A model generated the notes under the pieces. The model searched no databases. It saw nothing but the letters and a program-made list of their open reading frames with translations, and had not been told where the DNA came from. The position numbers and the translations under genes were made by a program. A stretch of 64,000 bases of DNA, taken from the NCBI GenBank assembly GCA_964406145.1, contig CAYOQP010000005.1, positions 834 through 64,833 on the forward strand. The letters are read 5' to 3'. Source of the stretch: an uncultured Candidatus Saccharibacteria bacterium (GTDB lineage Bacteria > Patescibacteriota > UBA1384 > XYA2-FULL-43-10 > 1-14-0-10-43-13). Shown here in pieces: positions 47,653-58,065 of the stretch (within the stretch, counting starts at the first letter, position 1; each line of letters opens with the position of its first letter).

Positions 47653-48840
47653 TCAGAGCCCTGCGTTGGACATGATACGGCGGATTTTGTCCTCGCCGAA
47701 AGGGTGGTCGAACGAACGCCAACCGGCGAGCTTCATGCCGCTTTCTTGCGCGATCAGGCGCAGGTGCTGAAGCCAGTCCAAATTGACATCACCGACCGAG
47801 TAGACGCCCTGGAAGTTGCCCATCAGAGCGATCAGGATCGTCTCGGCCATACAGGCGAAGAGCGTGCCCTTGTCGAAACCGAAGGTAAAGCTCTGCTTCA
47901 TGAAGGGACAGGACACAACACCGCCATCGACGACGAAGATGTCGTCCCGAGCCGAGACAAGCTGAAGAGCAATGTCACGAGGACGAGCAACGTCGACGAC
48001 GACAGTCCCTGGCAGGAGCCAGCGGGGATCAATAGCCAGAGTATCGGCCGAAGATGAGACAGCCAGGATCAGCTTGCTCTGACGGATAGCTCCCCCAAGA
48101 TCAGAGATGATCACTTTAGCATTCGTGTGCTTGTGCAGATCCTGTTTCAGCTCAGCGAGACGAGATGAGGTGTCACCAGCACGACCAACAAGATAGATAG
48201 TGTTGCTCCAATCAAGCTCGGAGGCAAGTAGAAAGGCGGAATTGCGTCCGACTAATCCGGCGGCACCGATCACGGCAACCGAAGCACCTCCGAGCCAGTG
48301 TCCAACGTGCCTAAAAAGCCCCAAAGCCCCAGACACAGCCATGACGCTGGTGAAGCCGTTACCAGAGGTAACCGCAATCTGTTTCCCGTACTCCGAACCA
48401 ATCGTCTTGGCCAGACCATTGATCGCTGTTGCGCCACCAAGGCCAACCACGTTAGCACGTAGTCCGCTGATAGAATGACGAACACTTCCTCGAATGCGAC
48501 GAAGAGCCTCATCCTGATTGTCAAGAATCTCTCGGGCCGACATCGGCACACCGAGATAGATCATCTCAATCTCCCGAATCATTCCTTCAAACGGGAGAAC
48601 AGTAACAAAGCTTCCCATCCTGAGAAGCGGCGGCGGCAATCTCTTGAGAGCTCCCAAGATGACCTTGCCGCTGAAAGGAGCAGTGAATGGATACTTTCGG
48701 ACCACCAAGTCTCTTACATAATTGGGGTCATCTGTATCCGGGTTAACGGTGAAAGCACACCTTGTGATGCTTGCGGGCAAGTCACTCATGTGGCAACCCT
48801 CCTTACAGAATATCGCTTGAGGCGACACCTGATAGTACAA
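47653..48840 (-). CDS. GC-rich Rossmann-fold (NAD(P)-binding) oxidoreductase-like protein, function unknown
   Basis: Glycine-rich dinucleotide-binding stretches GLGGATAINGLAKTIG and VIGAAGLVGRN; about 55% GC versus about 37% in the flanks. Confidence 0.5.
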   Translation of the reverse strand: MYYQVSPQAIFCKEGCHMSDLPASITRCAFTVNPDTDDPNYVRDLVVRKYPFTAPFSGKVILGALKRLPPPLLRMGSFVTVLPFEGMIREIEMIYLGVPMSAREILDNQDEALRRIRGSVRHSISGLRANVVGLGGATAINGLAKTIGSEYGKQIAVTSGNGFTSVMAVSGALGLFRHVGHWLGGASVAVIGAAGLVGRNSAFLLASELDWSNTIYLVGRAGDTSSRLAELKQDLHKHTNAKVIISDLGGAIRQSKLILAVSSSADTLAIDPRWLLPGTVVVDVARPRDIALQLVSARDDIFVVDGGVVSCPFMKQSFTFGFDKGTLFACMAETILIALMGNFQGVYSVGDVNLDWLQHLRLIAQESGMKLAGWRSFDHPFGEDKIRRIMSNAGL

Positions 48841-49011
48841 TCTTATTACATATTTGTCAATAAATATATTCGTATTTAATTCTTTCTTAAACCATTGACA
48901 ATAGAGACAAAAATTGCTACAATTTCATCTTGGAAAATTTGCAACTGTCGATCTGACGGTTTTTTTATTTGCCGCCAGATCAAACTGTTACAAGAGGAGT
49001 AACTAACGCCC

Positions 49012-49338
49012 ATGGTCATGCTAAATCAAGCAACCACCCCACCAGTCAGTACCAGCAGCATAAGTCATAGCAATCACAGCTTTGACCTGCGGGTGTTGCA
49101 AGTTAGAGAAACCCAGTGGCGCACCAGATTGGGCGCCGCCCTCGATATCATCGAGGAGGGCGACCTCGAATTGGTCAGTAAATACATCATCCCGATGTTG
49201 TCTGACCGCTCGAAAGTCGTCCGTCAAAAAGTCCATCGCGAGATGGTCTCACTGTTCGGAACCTATTTCCCCCCCTTCATCTCCTTCGCCCGGCGGGAAA
49301 TGTTCTGGATGAAAGAAAAAGAGCGAGAGCTCTTATAA
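49012..49338 (+). CDS. GC-rich hypothetical protein
   Basis: 108-aa ORF within the GC-rich island; no motifs. Confidence 0.3.
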   Translation: MVMLNQATTPPVSTSSISHSNHSFDLRVLQVRETQWRTRLGAALDIIEEGDLELVSKYIIPMLSDRSKVVRQKVHREMVSLFGTYFPPFISFARREMFWMKEKERELL

Positions 49339-49451
49339 ATGCGTGCCCTTCGGGGCCGCATACTACCGAAGACAGACGGCCAGCTGGCCGTCCTGAATCA
49401 TTTAAACCACAAAAACTCGTTTTTCAAGATAAAATTTGCTAAGATAGCCTC

Positions 49452-50537
49452 ATGAATTTAAAGATCGGCATCGTCGGCCTGCCTAATGTCGGCAAATCAA
49501 CCTTATTTAACGCCCTAATCAAAGGCTCTCACGCAGAGGCGGCTAATTATCCCTTCTGCACGATCGAGCCCAATGTTGGCATTGTCGAGGTCCCCGACGA
49601 AAGACTCAAGCCCCTCTCGGATATTTCAAAATCAGCCAAAATTATTCCGGCTATGATTGAGCTTGTCGATATCGCTGGCTTGGTCCGTGGCGCCTCACAA
49701 GGCCAAGGACTTGGCAATAAATTTCTCTCTCACATTCGAGAATGTGATGCTGTCGCTATGGTTGTCCGATTTTTTAATGATTCGAATGTTACTCACGTTG
49801 AAGGCAAGATTAATCCACTTGATGACATTTCAATCATTGAAACCGAACTCCAGCTCGCCGACATTGCTACAGTCGACAAAAGACTCTTTTCGCTTGAGAA
49901 AGAATTGAAATCTGGAAGCAAAGAATCAAAAATTGCTCATGATGGCCTACAGAAGATTAAAGACAAGCTCTATGCAGGACACAATGCTAGAGAAGCAGAG
50001 CTCGACGAAAAAGAAACTGGGCTTTTGAAGGGCTTAGGATTAATGACCCAGAAACCGATTTTGTATATTGCCAATGTTGACGAGAATCAACTCTCCGATG
50101 GATCATGGAAAGAGCTAGTCCCTGAGAACAAAAAGTCGTTTTTTGTGCCTATTTCGGCCAAACTTGAAGCCGAATTAAACGAACTAACTGGCGAAGAAAA
50201 GACCGAATACCTCGAAACTCTAGGGATGGACGACACTGGGCTTAATTTATTAATCAAAAAAGCTTACTCCACTCTCGGATTGGCGACATATTTCACCTCC
50301 GGGGAAAAAGAAACACGGGCTTGGACAATTGAAAATGGTTTCACCGGACCACAAGCCGCCGGTGTGATTCACACTGATTTCGAAAAAGGTTTTATCGCCG
50401 CTGAGGTCGTTCCTTGGGCCGATTTCTACGCTCAAGGTGGCTGGAGTGGCGCCAAAACACATGGTCTGGTCAAGACTGAGGGCAAAACCTATATCGTCAA
50501 AGACGGCGATGTTATAATCTTCCGCTTTAACGTTTGA
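49452..50537 (+). CDS. ychF: Ribosome-binding ATPase YchF
   Basis: G1 [17 protein letters not shown], with the TGS domain at the C-terminus. Confidence 0.95.
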   Translation: MNLKIGIVGLPNVGKSTLFNALIKGSHAEAANYPFCTIEPNVGIVEVPDERLKPLSDISKSAKIIPAMIELVDIAGLVRGASQGQGLGNKFLSHIRECDAVAMVVRFFNDSNVTHVEGKINPLDDISIIETELQLADIATVDKRLFSLEKELKSGSKESKIAHDGLQKIKDKLYAGHNAREAELDEKETGLLKGLGLMTQKPILYIANVDENQLSDGSWKELVPENKKSFFVPISAKLEAELNELTGEEKTEYLETLGMDDTGLNLLIKKAYSTLGLATYFTSGEKETRAWTIENGFTGPQAAGVIHTDFEKGFIAAEVVPWADFYAQGGWSGAKTHGLVKTEGKTYIVKDGDVIIFRFNV

Positions 50538-50562
50538 CGATTGCATAATTTTGTGCTATTAT
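50533..50562 (+). promoter_or_regulatory. Sigma-70-like promoter TTGACG-N18-TATTAT for the rpsF operon
   Basis: Hexamers seen directly upstream of the structured rpsF leader. Confidence 0.45.
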
Positions 50563-50588
50563 CGAGCCACAATTAATTAATAACTTTT

Positions 50589-50636
50589 CTCCCTACTTGT
50601 TGGGGAGACCAAGTGTCCGGTCTCAAACGGACTTGG
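50589..50636 (+). promoter_or_regulatory. Structured rpsF 5' leader (two hairpins: ctccc..ggggag and ccaagtgtccg..cggacttgg)
   Basis: Seen directly. The position matches the known S6:S18 autoregulatory leader class. Confidence 0.4.
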
Positions 50637-50673
50637 CAGAAATGCGACAAAACTTGGGCCAGAAAGGAGCCAA

Positions 50674-51339
50674 TTGAGAAAGTACGAATTAACGTACCTT
50701 ATTTCTGATCAGGTACCAGAAAACGATTTAAACAAAGTTACCGGCAAGGTAGCAGGTTTTATTGATGACTTGGGCGGAAAAGTCACCAAGGAAGACATTT
50801 GGGGACGCAGAAAGCTTGTTTATCCTATCAAGAAACAGGATTTTGCAACTTATGTTACGATCTACTTCAATTTGGGAGCCGATAAGGTCTTCGAATTCGA
50901 AAGAGATTTACGTTTGACAAATACAATCATGCGACATCTCTTGATTGTTAAGGACATGGGCGACGAAGATATGTCTCTAACGGCTGAAGAAATTGCTGAA
51001 ACAGCCGAGATCGAAGAAGTTATCGGTGGAGAAAAATCCTTCGAAATGGTTGAGGGTGAAACCGAAGAAAGCAAAGATCTCATGGCTGTCAGAGAAGAGA
51101 AAAATGAAGAGCCGGCTGTCGAAGAAGAAACAAAAGAGGAAATTGTCGAGGAAAAAGTTGAAGAACCGGTTGTAGAAGAGGTCAAAGAAGTTAAAAAAGC
51201 TAAGAAAGTTGTCAAAGAAAAGGCCGCTCCCGCAGAAAAAGTTAAGCCTATCAAAAAAGCTGAGAAAAAAGAGGATGAAGCCGAAAGACTTTCTAAATTA
51301 AACGACGAACTTGACGATATCTTGAAAGACGAGCTTTAA
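50674..51339 (+). CDS. rpsF: 30S ribosomal protein S6 with about 120-aa E/K-rich C-terminal extension (TTG start)
   Basis: RKYELTYLISDQ..LGGKV..IWGRRKLVYPIKKQ matches the S6 core, then a low-complexity EEKVEEPVVEE/KKAKK tail. Confidence 0.9.
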   Translation: MRKYELTYLISDQVPENDLNKVTGKVAGFIDDLGGKVTKEDIWGRRKLVYPIKKQDFATYVTIYFNLGADKVFEFERDLRLTNTIMRHLLIVKDMGDEDMSLTAEEIAETAEIEEVIGGEKSFEMVEGETEESKDLMAVREEKNEEPAVEEETKEEIVEEKVEEPVVEEVKEVKKAKKVVKEKAAPAEKVKPIKKAEKKEDEAERLSKLNDELDDILKDEL

Positions 51340-51412
51340 AGCCGACTCCTCTATCTAGATTGTGGTGTATAATGCAATTGAAGATAGATTAAGACAATAA
51401 AGAAGGAGACAA

Positions 51413-51847
51413 ATGTTAAATTTAAATCGAGCACAAGTTCTGGGAAATATGACCAAAGATCCAGATATGCGCTTTACTCCTAACGGACAGGCTGTTGCTA
51501 ATTTCACAGTTGCCACAAATCGAAAATGGAAAAACCAAGATGGCACTGACGGAGACTCTACCGAGTACCATGATATCGTTGTTTGGGGTAAACAGGCTGA
51601 AAATGTAACTCCGATGTTGCAAAAAGGCGCACCAGTTTTCGTCGAAGGCAGACTTCAGACCAGAAGCTGGGATGGACAAGACGGCGTCAAAAGATACAAG
51701 ACAGAGATAATCGCCGAAAATGTCATCGCGCTTGGCTTAAAGGGCAAACCGATGTCTAGCAAGGCAGAAAATCCAATCGCTGAAATTACAAAGTCCGAGA
51801 AAAAGAAAGATGAAGAAGAAATAGATATTGAAGAAATACCATTTTAA
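51413..51847 (+). CDS. ssb: Single-stranded DNA-binding protein
   Basis: OB-fold NRAQVLGNMTKDPDMRFTPNGQAVANFTVATN and an acidic C-terminal tip EEIPF. Confidence 0.9.
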   Translation: MLNLNRAQVLGNMTKDPDMRFTPNGQAVANFTVATNRKWKNQDGTDGDSTEYHDIVVWGKQAENVTPMLQKGAPVFVEGRLQTRSWDGQDGVKRYKTEIIAENVIALGLKGKPMSSKAENPIAEITKSEKKKDEEEIDIEEIPF

Positions 51848-51859
51848 ACTAAGGAAAAT

Positions 51860-52078
51860 ATGTCAAAAAGAAGCAAATGCTTAATTTGTAAAGCAAGAAC
51901 AGAAGAAAAAGTTGAAGTTGATTATAAAGACGTGGCTACGCTTAGTCGCTATCTTGATCGTTGGAGTAAAATTTCTCCAGCTAGCCGCAATAACAATTGC
52001 GCCAGACATCAACGTCAGATTGTAACCGCAATCAAAAGAGCAAGATTTCTCGCCCTTTTGCCATTTATCAATAGATAA
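51860..52078 (+). CDS. rpsR: 30S ribosomal protein S18
   Basis: YKDVATLSRYL..GKI.P...TG conserved core; 72 aa. Confidence 0.9.
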   Translation: MSKRSKCLICKARTEEKVEVDYKDVATLSRYLDRWSKISPASRNNNCARHQRQIVTAIKRARFLALLPFINR

Positions 52079-52126
52079 GATTTTTAAGTTTATTTTCAAA
52101 CTTTTGACTCTATTTGAAGGAGCTTA

Positions 52127-52684
52127 ATGTTATCAATCACAGATCTCAAAATGGGCACAAAGATCACTCTTGATGGTGATCCCTACATAGTAGTTTCATA
52201 TTCACACTCGAAAATGGGGCGTGGTGGAGCTGTCGTTAAGACTAAATTGAAAAATTTAAGATCAGGTTCGACAATTGATAAAACCTTTCAAGGCGCAGAC
52301 CGAGTCGATGAAGCAAACTTGAGCAAGAAAACAGCAATGTATCTCTACTCTGATGCCGAAAATGCATATTTTATGGATAATGATAATTTTGATCAGTTTT
52401 CCATCCCAGTTTCAAAAATTGGTGATCAGAAGCAATATCTCGTTGAAAACTCAAATATCGATATTCTTTACTTTGGCAACGAAGCCCTAAATATCGAATT
52501 GCCAATCAAAATGACATTTAAAGTCATTTCTGCACCTCCGGCTGTGAAGGGCAATACTGCTAGCGCTGTAACTAAAAAAGTTACCATTGAAACAGGCAGT
52601 ATGGTAGACGCGCCAGTCTTTATCAAAGAAAACGATAGTATTGTTGTCGACACCAGAGATGGATCATACGTCGAAAGAGCCTAG
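52127..52684 (+). CDS. efp: Elongation factor P
   Basis: KMGTKITLDGDPYIVVSYSHSKMGRGGAVVKTKLKNLRSG; 185 aa. Confidence 0.95.
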   Translation: MLSITDLKMGTKITLDGDPYIVVSYSHSKMGRGGAVVKTKLKNLRSGSTIDKTFQGADRVDEANLSKKTAMYLYSDAENAYFMDNDNFDQFSIPVSKIGDQKQYLVENSNIDILYFGNEALNIELPIKMTFKVISAPPAVKGNTASAVTKKVTIETGSMVDAPVFIKENDSIVVDTRDGSYVERA

Positions 52685-52693
52685 AGCCAAAAT

Positions 52694-53266
52694 TTGATAA
52701 CTATAGTTATTCCAAGTAAAATTGAGCCAGATATTATCTGGCTCAATTTTATGATGGCATTATATTCAAAACTAATTGGAACACCAGTAGCTGAGCTCAA
52801 AAATCAGAGCAAAGTCGGCGAGATTGCTGATTTTATTGTTAATAACGAAGATATAACCATAGCTGGAGCAATCGTCAAAAAAGAAAATTGGCTTTTTTCA
52901 AAAAATAAAGTGGCCAGTTCTACTGATATTGTTTCGTTGCTTAAAAAAGGCATGATTGTCAACGATGAAAATGCAATCACCGAACTTTCGGAAATTTCAA
53001 AACTTGACACTCTCTATAAGAAAAAAAATTACGGAATTGCTCAGAAAGTGGTCACAAAATCGGGTCAGTATGTCGGCCATGTCTTCGATTATCTTATCGA
53101 CACCTCAACGCTATCGATTAGAAAGTTCTATATCAAAAGGCTATTTAAGGAATTATTGATTCCTGCGAATTCTATTGTCTCATTTGAAGGCAAAACCATT
53201 ACAATAAAGGAAGACAAAGGATTTTTATTTCAGCAAGAGGCATTCGAAACTGTAACATCTAATTAG
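52694..53266 (+). CDS. PRC-barrel-like domain protein (two repeats), hypothetical
   Basis: Repeated G-x-V-x-D-[FY]-[IL]-[IV] patterns (KVGEIADFIVNNEDITIAGAIV; YVGHVFDYLIDTSTLSI). Confidence 0.4.
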   Translation: MITIVIPSKIEPDIIWLNFMMALYSKLIGTPVAELKNQSKVGEIADFIVNNEDITIAGAIVKKENWLFSKNKVASSTDIVSLLKKGMIVNDENAITELSEISKLDTLYKKKNYGIAQKVVTKSGQYVGHVFDYLIDTSTLSIRKFYIKRLFKELLIPANSIVSFEGKTITIKEDKGFLFQQEAFETVTSN

Positions 53267-53294
53267 AAAAACCCTCCACTAAGGAGGGTTTTTC
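53267..53294. terminator. Bidirectional terminator aaaaaccctcc-actaa-ggagggttttt
   Basis: Between convergent genes (PRC-barrel gene and groEL). Confidence 0.65.
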
Positions 53295-53314
53295 TCTTAT
53301 ATTCGGACTAAAAA

Positions 53315-54952
<1,638 letters not shown>

Positions 54953-54964
54953 TCAATTATTAGA

Positions 54965-55243
54965 TTAGAGAATACCCAAGATATCTTCTTCATGCATTAT
55001 TTTGTATTCCTTGCCATCAATTTTGATTTCGTCACCCGAGTACTTCGAATAAAGAACTTTATCGTCAATCTTGACTGAGAATTCATACTTTTTGCCGTCT
55101 TTCATTTTGCCATTTCCTAGGGCAACAATCTTACCCTGAGCTGGTGCTTCTTTGGCGGTGTCAGGAATGAAAATACCACTTTTAGTCTTCTCCTCTGCGG
55201 CTAGAGGTGAAATTAAAACCCTGTTTGACAAAGGTTTAAACAT
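54965..55243 (-). CDS. groES: Co-chaperonin GroES
   Basis: [32 protein letters not shown]; 92 aa. Confidence 0.95.
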   Translation of the reverse strand: MFKPLSNRVLISPLAAEEKTKSGIFIPDTAKEAPAQGKIVALGNGKMKDGKKYEFSVKIDDKVLYSKYSGDEIKIDGKEYKIMHEEDILGIL

Positions 55244-55311
55244 AATAATCTCCTTTTTCTTGCCATCTATTACTGAAGAGACAAGTTTCTTATTAATTAA
55301 TACACGAGTAA

Positions 55312-55340
55312 TTGTAAAGTAAACTTTACATTTTTGTCAA
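55312..55340 (-). promoter_or_regulatory. groES promoter (TTGACA-N18-TACAAT) overlapped by palindromic operator TGTAAAGT-AA-ACTTTACA
   Basis: Minus strand reads ttgacaaaaaTGTAAAGTttACTTTACAat. The -35/-10 hexamers and the 8-bp perfect inverted repeat are seen directly. It is not the CIRCE sequence. Confidence 0.5.
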
Positions 55341-55444
55341 GACTGCTTTTGCTCAATTTTGAGAACAAAAAACGGCAACAATCCAAGGGGGAAAGATCGT
55401 TGCCGCACATTCAATATATCTAATTTCAAGCACTAAAGTCAAGC

Positions 55445-55478
55445 TAAAAAACGATTGCCGGAGTCAGAAGACTCCGGC
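55445..55478 (-). terminator. Terminator gccggagtc-ttct-gactccggc followed by T6 (minus strand)
   Basis: Downstream of the Cys-rich two-gene unit. Confidence 0.6.
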
Positions 55479-55525
55479 GGACATGGACATTACTACTTGT
55501 ATACTTCAGCGCGAGTCTCAAGGAC

Positions 55526-55831
55526 TCACGCGACTCTTCTCGCTTTAATCTGTAGAGCCACCTCTTCTCCGTAAAGAATGACTTGGCAACTCGGACAGAT
55601 CGTCGTTGTCTCGCACTCCTCTTCGGGCATGCTAGACGTCGCTTGGAATTCACCAAGCTTGGCGCGACAATGGCCACAACGCAACTCCATCGTCACAATT
55701 CGAGGAATGCGACTTCGGAGCCCTTCGTCAATGGTTTTGAAGCATTGACCACAAAGACTGTTGGAACCACGGTCGAGGCCGATCAGGGCACCACAGTTGA
55801 CACAATTGTCCAATGCGATAGATTCGCTCAT
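55526..55831 (-). CDS. GC-rich Cys-rich protein (4x CxxC; double zinc-ribbon-like), 101 aa
   Basis: Perfect SD taggaggagaagtcgaATG at 55831. Motifs CVNC..CGQC..CGHC..CPSC. The ORF-track version (to 55936) overlaps the upstream gene; the SD-supported start avoids the overlap. Confidence 0.45.
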   Translation of the reverse strand: MSESIALDNCVNCGALIGLDRGSNSLCGQCFKTIDEGLRSRIPRIVTMELRCGHCRAKLGEFQATSSMPEEECETTTICPSCQVILYGEEVALQIKARRVA

Positions 55832-55844
55832 TCGACTTCTCCTC

Positions 55845-56120
55845 CTAGACGTCATGCACCAGCAGACGCTCTCCACTCCTTGCGAGAACCATAAGGACAT
55901 CCTCGTTGGAACATCCTGTCGGAGAAAGCAAGGCAAATTTCAGACGAACAGCGTACTCATCGGGCAAATAGACTTGGTACCTATGATCATTACCACAATC
56001 ACAAACAACGGAAAGACCGCTTGAAAGCATACGCTTACAAGACGGACAGACATCGTCCACTGTTTCGAAAGTTGCTGTAAATGCAAGCCGACAAAGCCGA
56101 CATCCACAGAGAACCTTCAT
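55845..56120 (-). CDS. GC-rich Cys-rich protein, 91 aa
   Basis: SD aatcaggaggtatctggATG. Motifs CGCRLC..CPSC..CDCG. Immediately upstream of, and co-oriented with, the 55526-55831 gene. Confidence 0.4.
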   Translation of the reverse strand: MKVLCGCRLCRLAFTATFETVDDVCPSCKRMLSSGLSVVCDCGNDHRYQVYLPDEYAVRLKFALLSPTGCSNEDVLMVLARSGERLLVHDV

Positions 56121-56413
56121 CCAGATACCTCCTGATTTTACTTATTACAACTTTTAATTGTTTCTGTCAAGTTTATTGCTTTGGCTTTTGATTATTAAAT
56201 CTAGGACTCTTTTTGAGCCTTGGGGATAAAAAATATTTGCAATTTTTTACATTTTTTACTATGATCTACTTAACAAAATCATAGTATCCTCAAAAAAAAC
56301 TCCACAAAAAATCCATCAGGAGTTTTTTGCTTGTTTGATTGCTCGAAAGCTGATAAGCAAGTACGTATTGAGACTAGTACCTATTAGCTTATCAACTTAC
56401 ATGCTGGAGTAAT

Positions 56414-58060
56414 ATGGCGTCTAGAAAGTTCATTTTCGTTGTTGGTGGTGTAATGTCTGGAGTCGGCAAGGGTGTTGCCGCCGCTTCTATCGGAGCAATT
56501 TTGAAGTCAAAAGGATTCAAGATTACTGCAATGAAAGCTGACCCATACATCAACGTCGACGCAGGAACGATGAATCCAACTGAGCATGGTGAAGTTTACG
56601 TTACTAAAGATGGCGATGAATGTGATCAAGACATGGGAAACTATGAAAGATTTCTCAATGAGGATCTCACCCGAACTAACTATATGACAACTGGCCGAAT
56701 CTATCAGTCGGTCATTAACAGAGAACGCAATCTTGAATATGGTGGCAAATGCGTTCAGGTTGTTCCGCACGTACCGGAAGAAATTATTAGAAGAATTAAA
56801 ACTGCCGCTCGCAAGGAAAAAGCTGAGATAACTTTAGTTGAGATAGGCGGCACAGTTGGCGAATATGAAAACCTCCTATTTCTTGAAGCCGCCAGAATGA
56901 TGAAACTTGATACGCCCAAGGATGTTATTATTGTTGTTGTCTCTTATTTGCCAATTCCGTCTAAAATCGGAGAAATGAAGACAAAGCCGACTCAACACGC
57001 CATTCGCGAACTCAACGCTTGTGGTCTACAGGCTGACTTCATTCTCTGTCGAAGCGAATATCCGATTGACGAAAAGAGACGTGAGAAGTTGGCAACATTC
57101 TGCTCAATAGAGCCAAGTAACGCCGTTTCAGCTCCGGATGTAGACTCTATTTATGAAATTCCTGTTAATTTTGAAAATGAAAAACTCGGCGAAAAAGTTC
57201 TAAAAAGATTACATCTAAAGCCGAGACAAAAGGATCTCGTCGAGTGGCGTGGTTTCGTTGAAAAGTCAAAAAATGCCAAGAAAGTTGTCAAAATAGGAAT
57301 CGTCGGCAAGTATTTCGAGACCGGCCAATTTGTTTTATCTGATTCCTACATATCGGTAATCGAGTCAGTCAAAATCGCGGCCTGGCATCAGGGATATAGA
57401 CCAGAAATGGTTTGGCTATCCTCAACTGAATATGAAAACGATCCTAATAAATTAAAGGAACTGAATAATCTCGATGGTATTATCGTTCCTGGTGGGTTCG
57501 GATCACGTGGAATCGAAGGTAAAGTTGCCGTAGCCAAATACTGTCGCGAACACAAAATCCCCTACTTTGGTCTCTGTTATGGTATGCAAATCGAAACAAT
57601 CGAGTTTGCCCGCAACGTCTGTGGATTAAAGGGTGCTCACACAGAAGAAATAGATCCCAAAACTCCTCATCCAGTCATACATATTATGCCTGATCAAAAA
57701 GAAAAACTTAGGAAGAAAGATTATGGTGGATCGATGAGACTTGGAGAGTATGCCTGCGAGCTTCAAAAAGACTCTATCTCATACGAGGCATACAAAAAAT
57801 ATGGAATTCCGGCAGGTGAATTTCCAGTTATCATGGAACGACACCGACACAGATATGAACTTAATAATGATTATAAAGATAAGCTCGAGAAAGCAGGATT
57901 AAGAATCGGCGGCATCAATCCTGAAAGAAATCTTGTCGAGATAGTTGAAGTTAAAAATCATCCATTTATGGTTGGAGTCCAATTTCATCCAGAGTTTGAT
58001 TCTCGTCCCCTACGACCTCAAGCGCTCTTCATGGCCTTTATAAAAGCCGCAAGTAAATAG
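56414..58060 (+). CDS. pyrG: CTP synthase
   Basis: N-terminal synthetase domain VTGGV-like (VVGGVMSGVGKG) and C-terminal glutamine amidotransferase GLCYGMQ..HPEF. Confidence 0.95.
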   Translation: MASRKFIFVVGGVMSGVGKGVAAASIGAILKSKGFKITAMKADPYINVDAGTMNPTEHGEVYVTKDGDECDQDMGNYERFLNEDLTRTNYMTTGRIYQSVINRERNLEYGGKCVQVVPHVPEEIIRRIKTAARKEKAEITLVEIGGTVGEYENLLFLEAARMMKLDTPKDVIIVVVSYLPIPSKIGEMKTKPTQHAIRELNACGLQADFILCRSEYPIDEKRREKLATFCSIEPSNAVSAPDVDSIYEIPVNFENEKLGEKVLKRLHLKPRQKDLVEWRGFVEKSKNAKKVVKIGIVGKYFETGQFVLSDSYISVIESVKIAAWHQGYRPEMVWLSSTEYENDPNKLKELNNLDGIIVPGGFGSRGIEGKVAVAKYCREHKIPYFGLCYGMQIETIEFARNVCGLKGAHTEEIDPKTPHPVIHIMPDQKEKLRKKDYGGSMRLGEYACELQKDSISYEAYKKYGIPAGEFPVIMERHRHRYELNNDYKDKLEKAGLRIGGINPERNLVEIVEVKNHPFMVGVQFHPEFDSRPLRPQALFMAFIKAASK

Positions 58061-58065
58061 ATTTT

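Noticed and set aside
55250-55440. CIRCE (HrcA) operator upstream of groES
   Set aside because: No match to TTAGCACTC-N9-GAGTGCTAA on either strand. A different palindrome (TGTAAAGT-AA-ACTTTACA) is present and reported instead.
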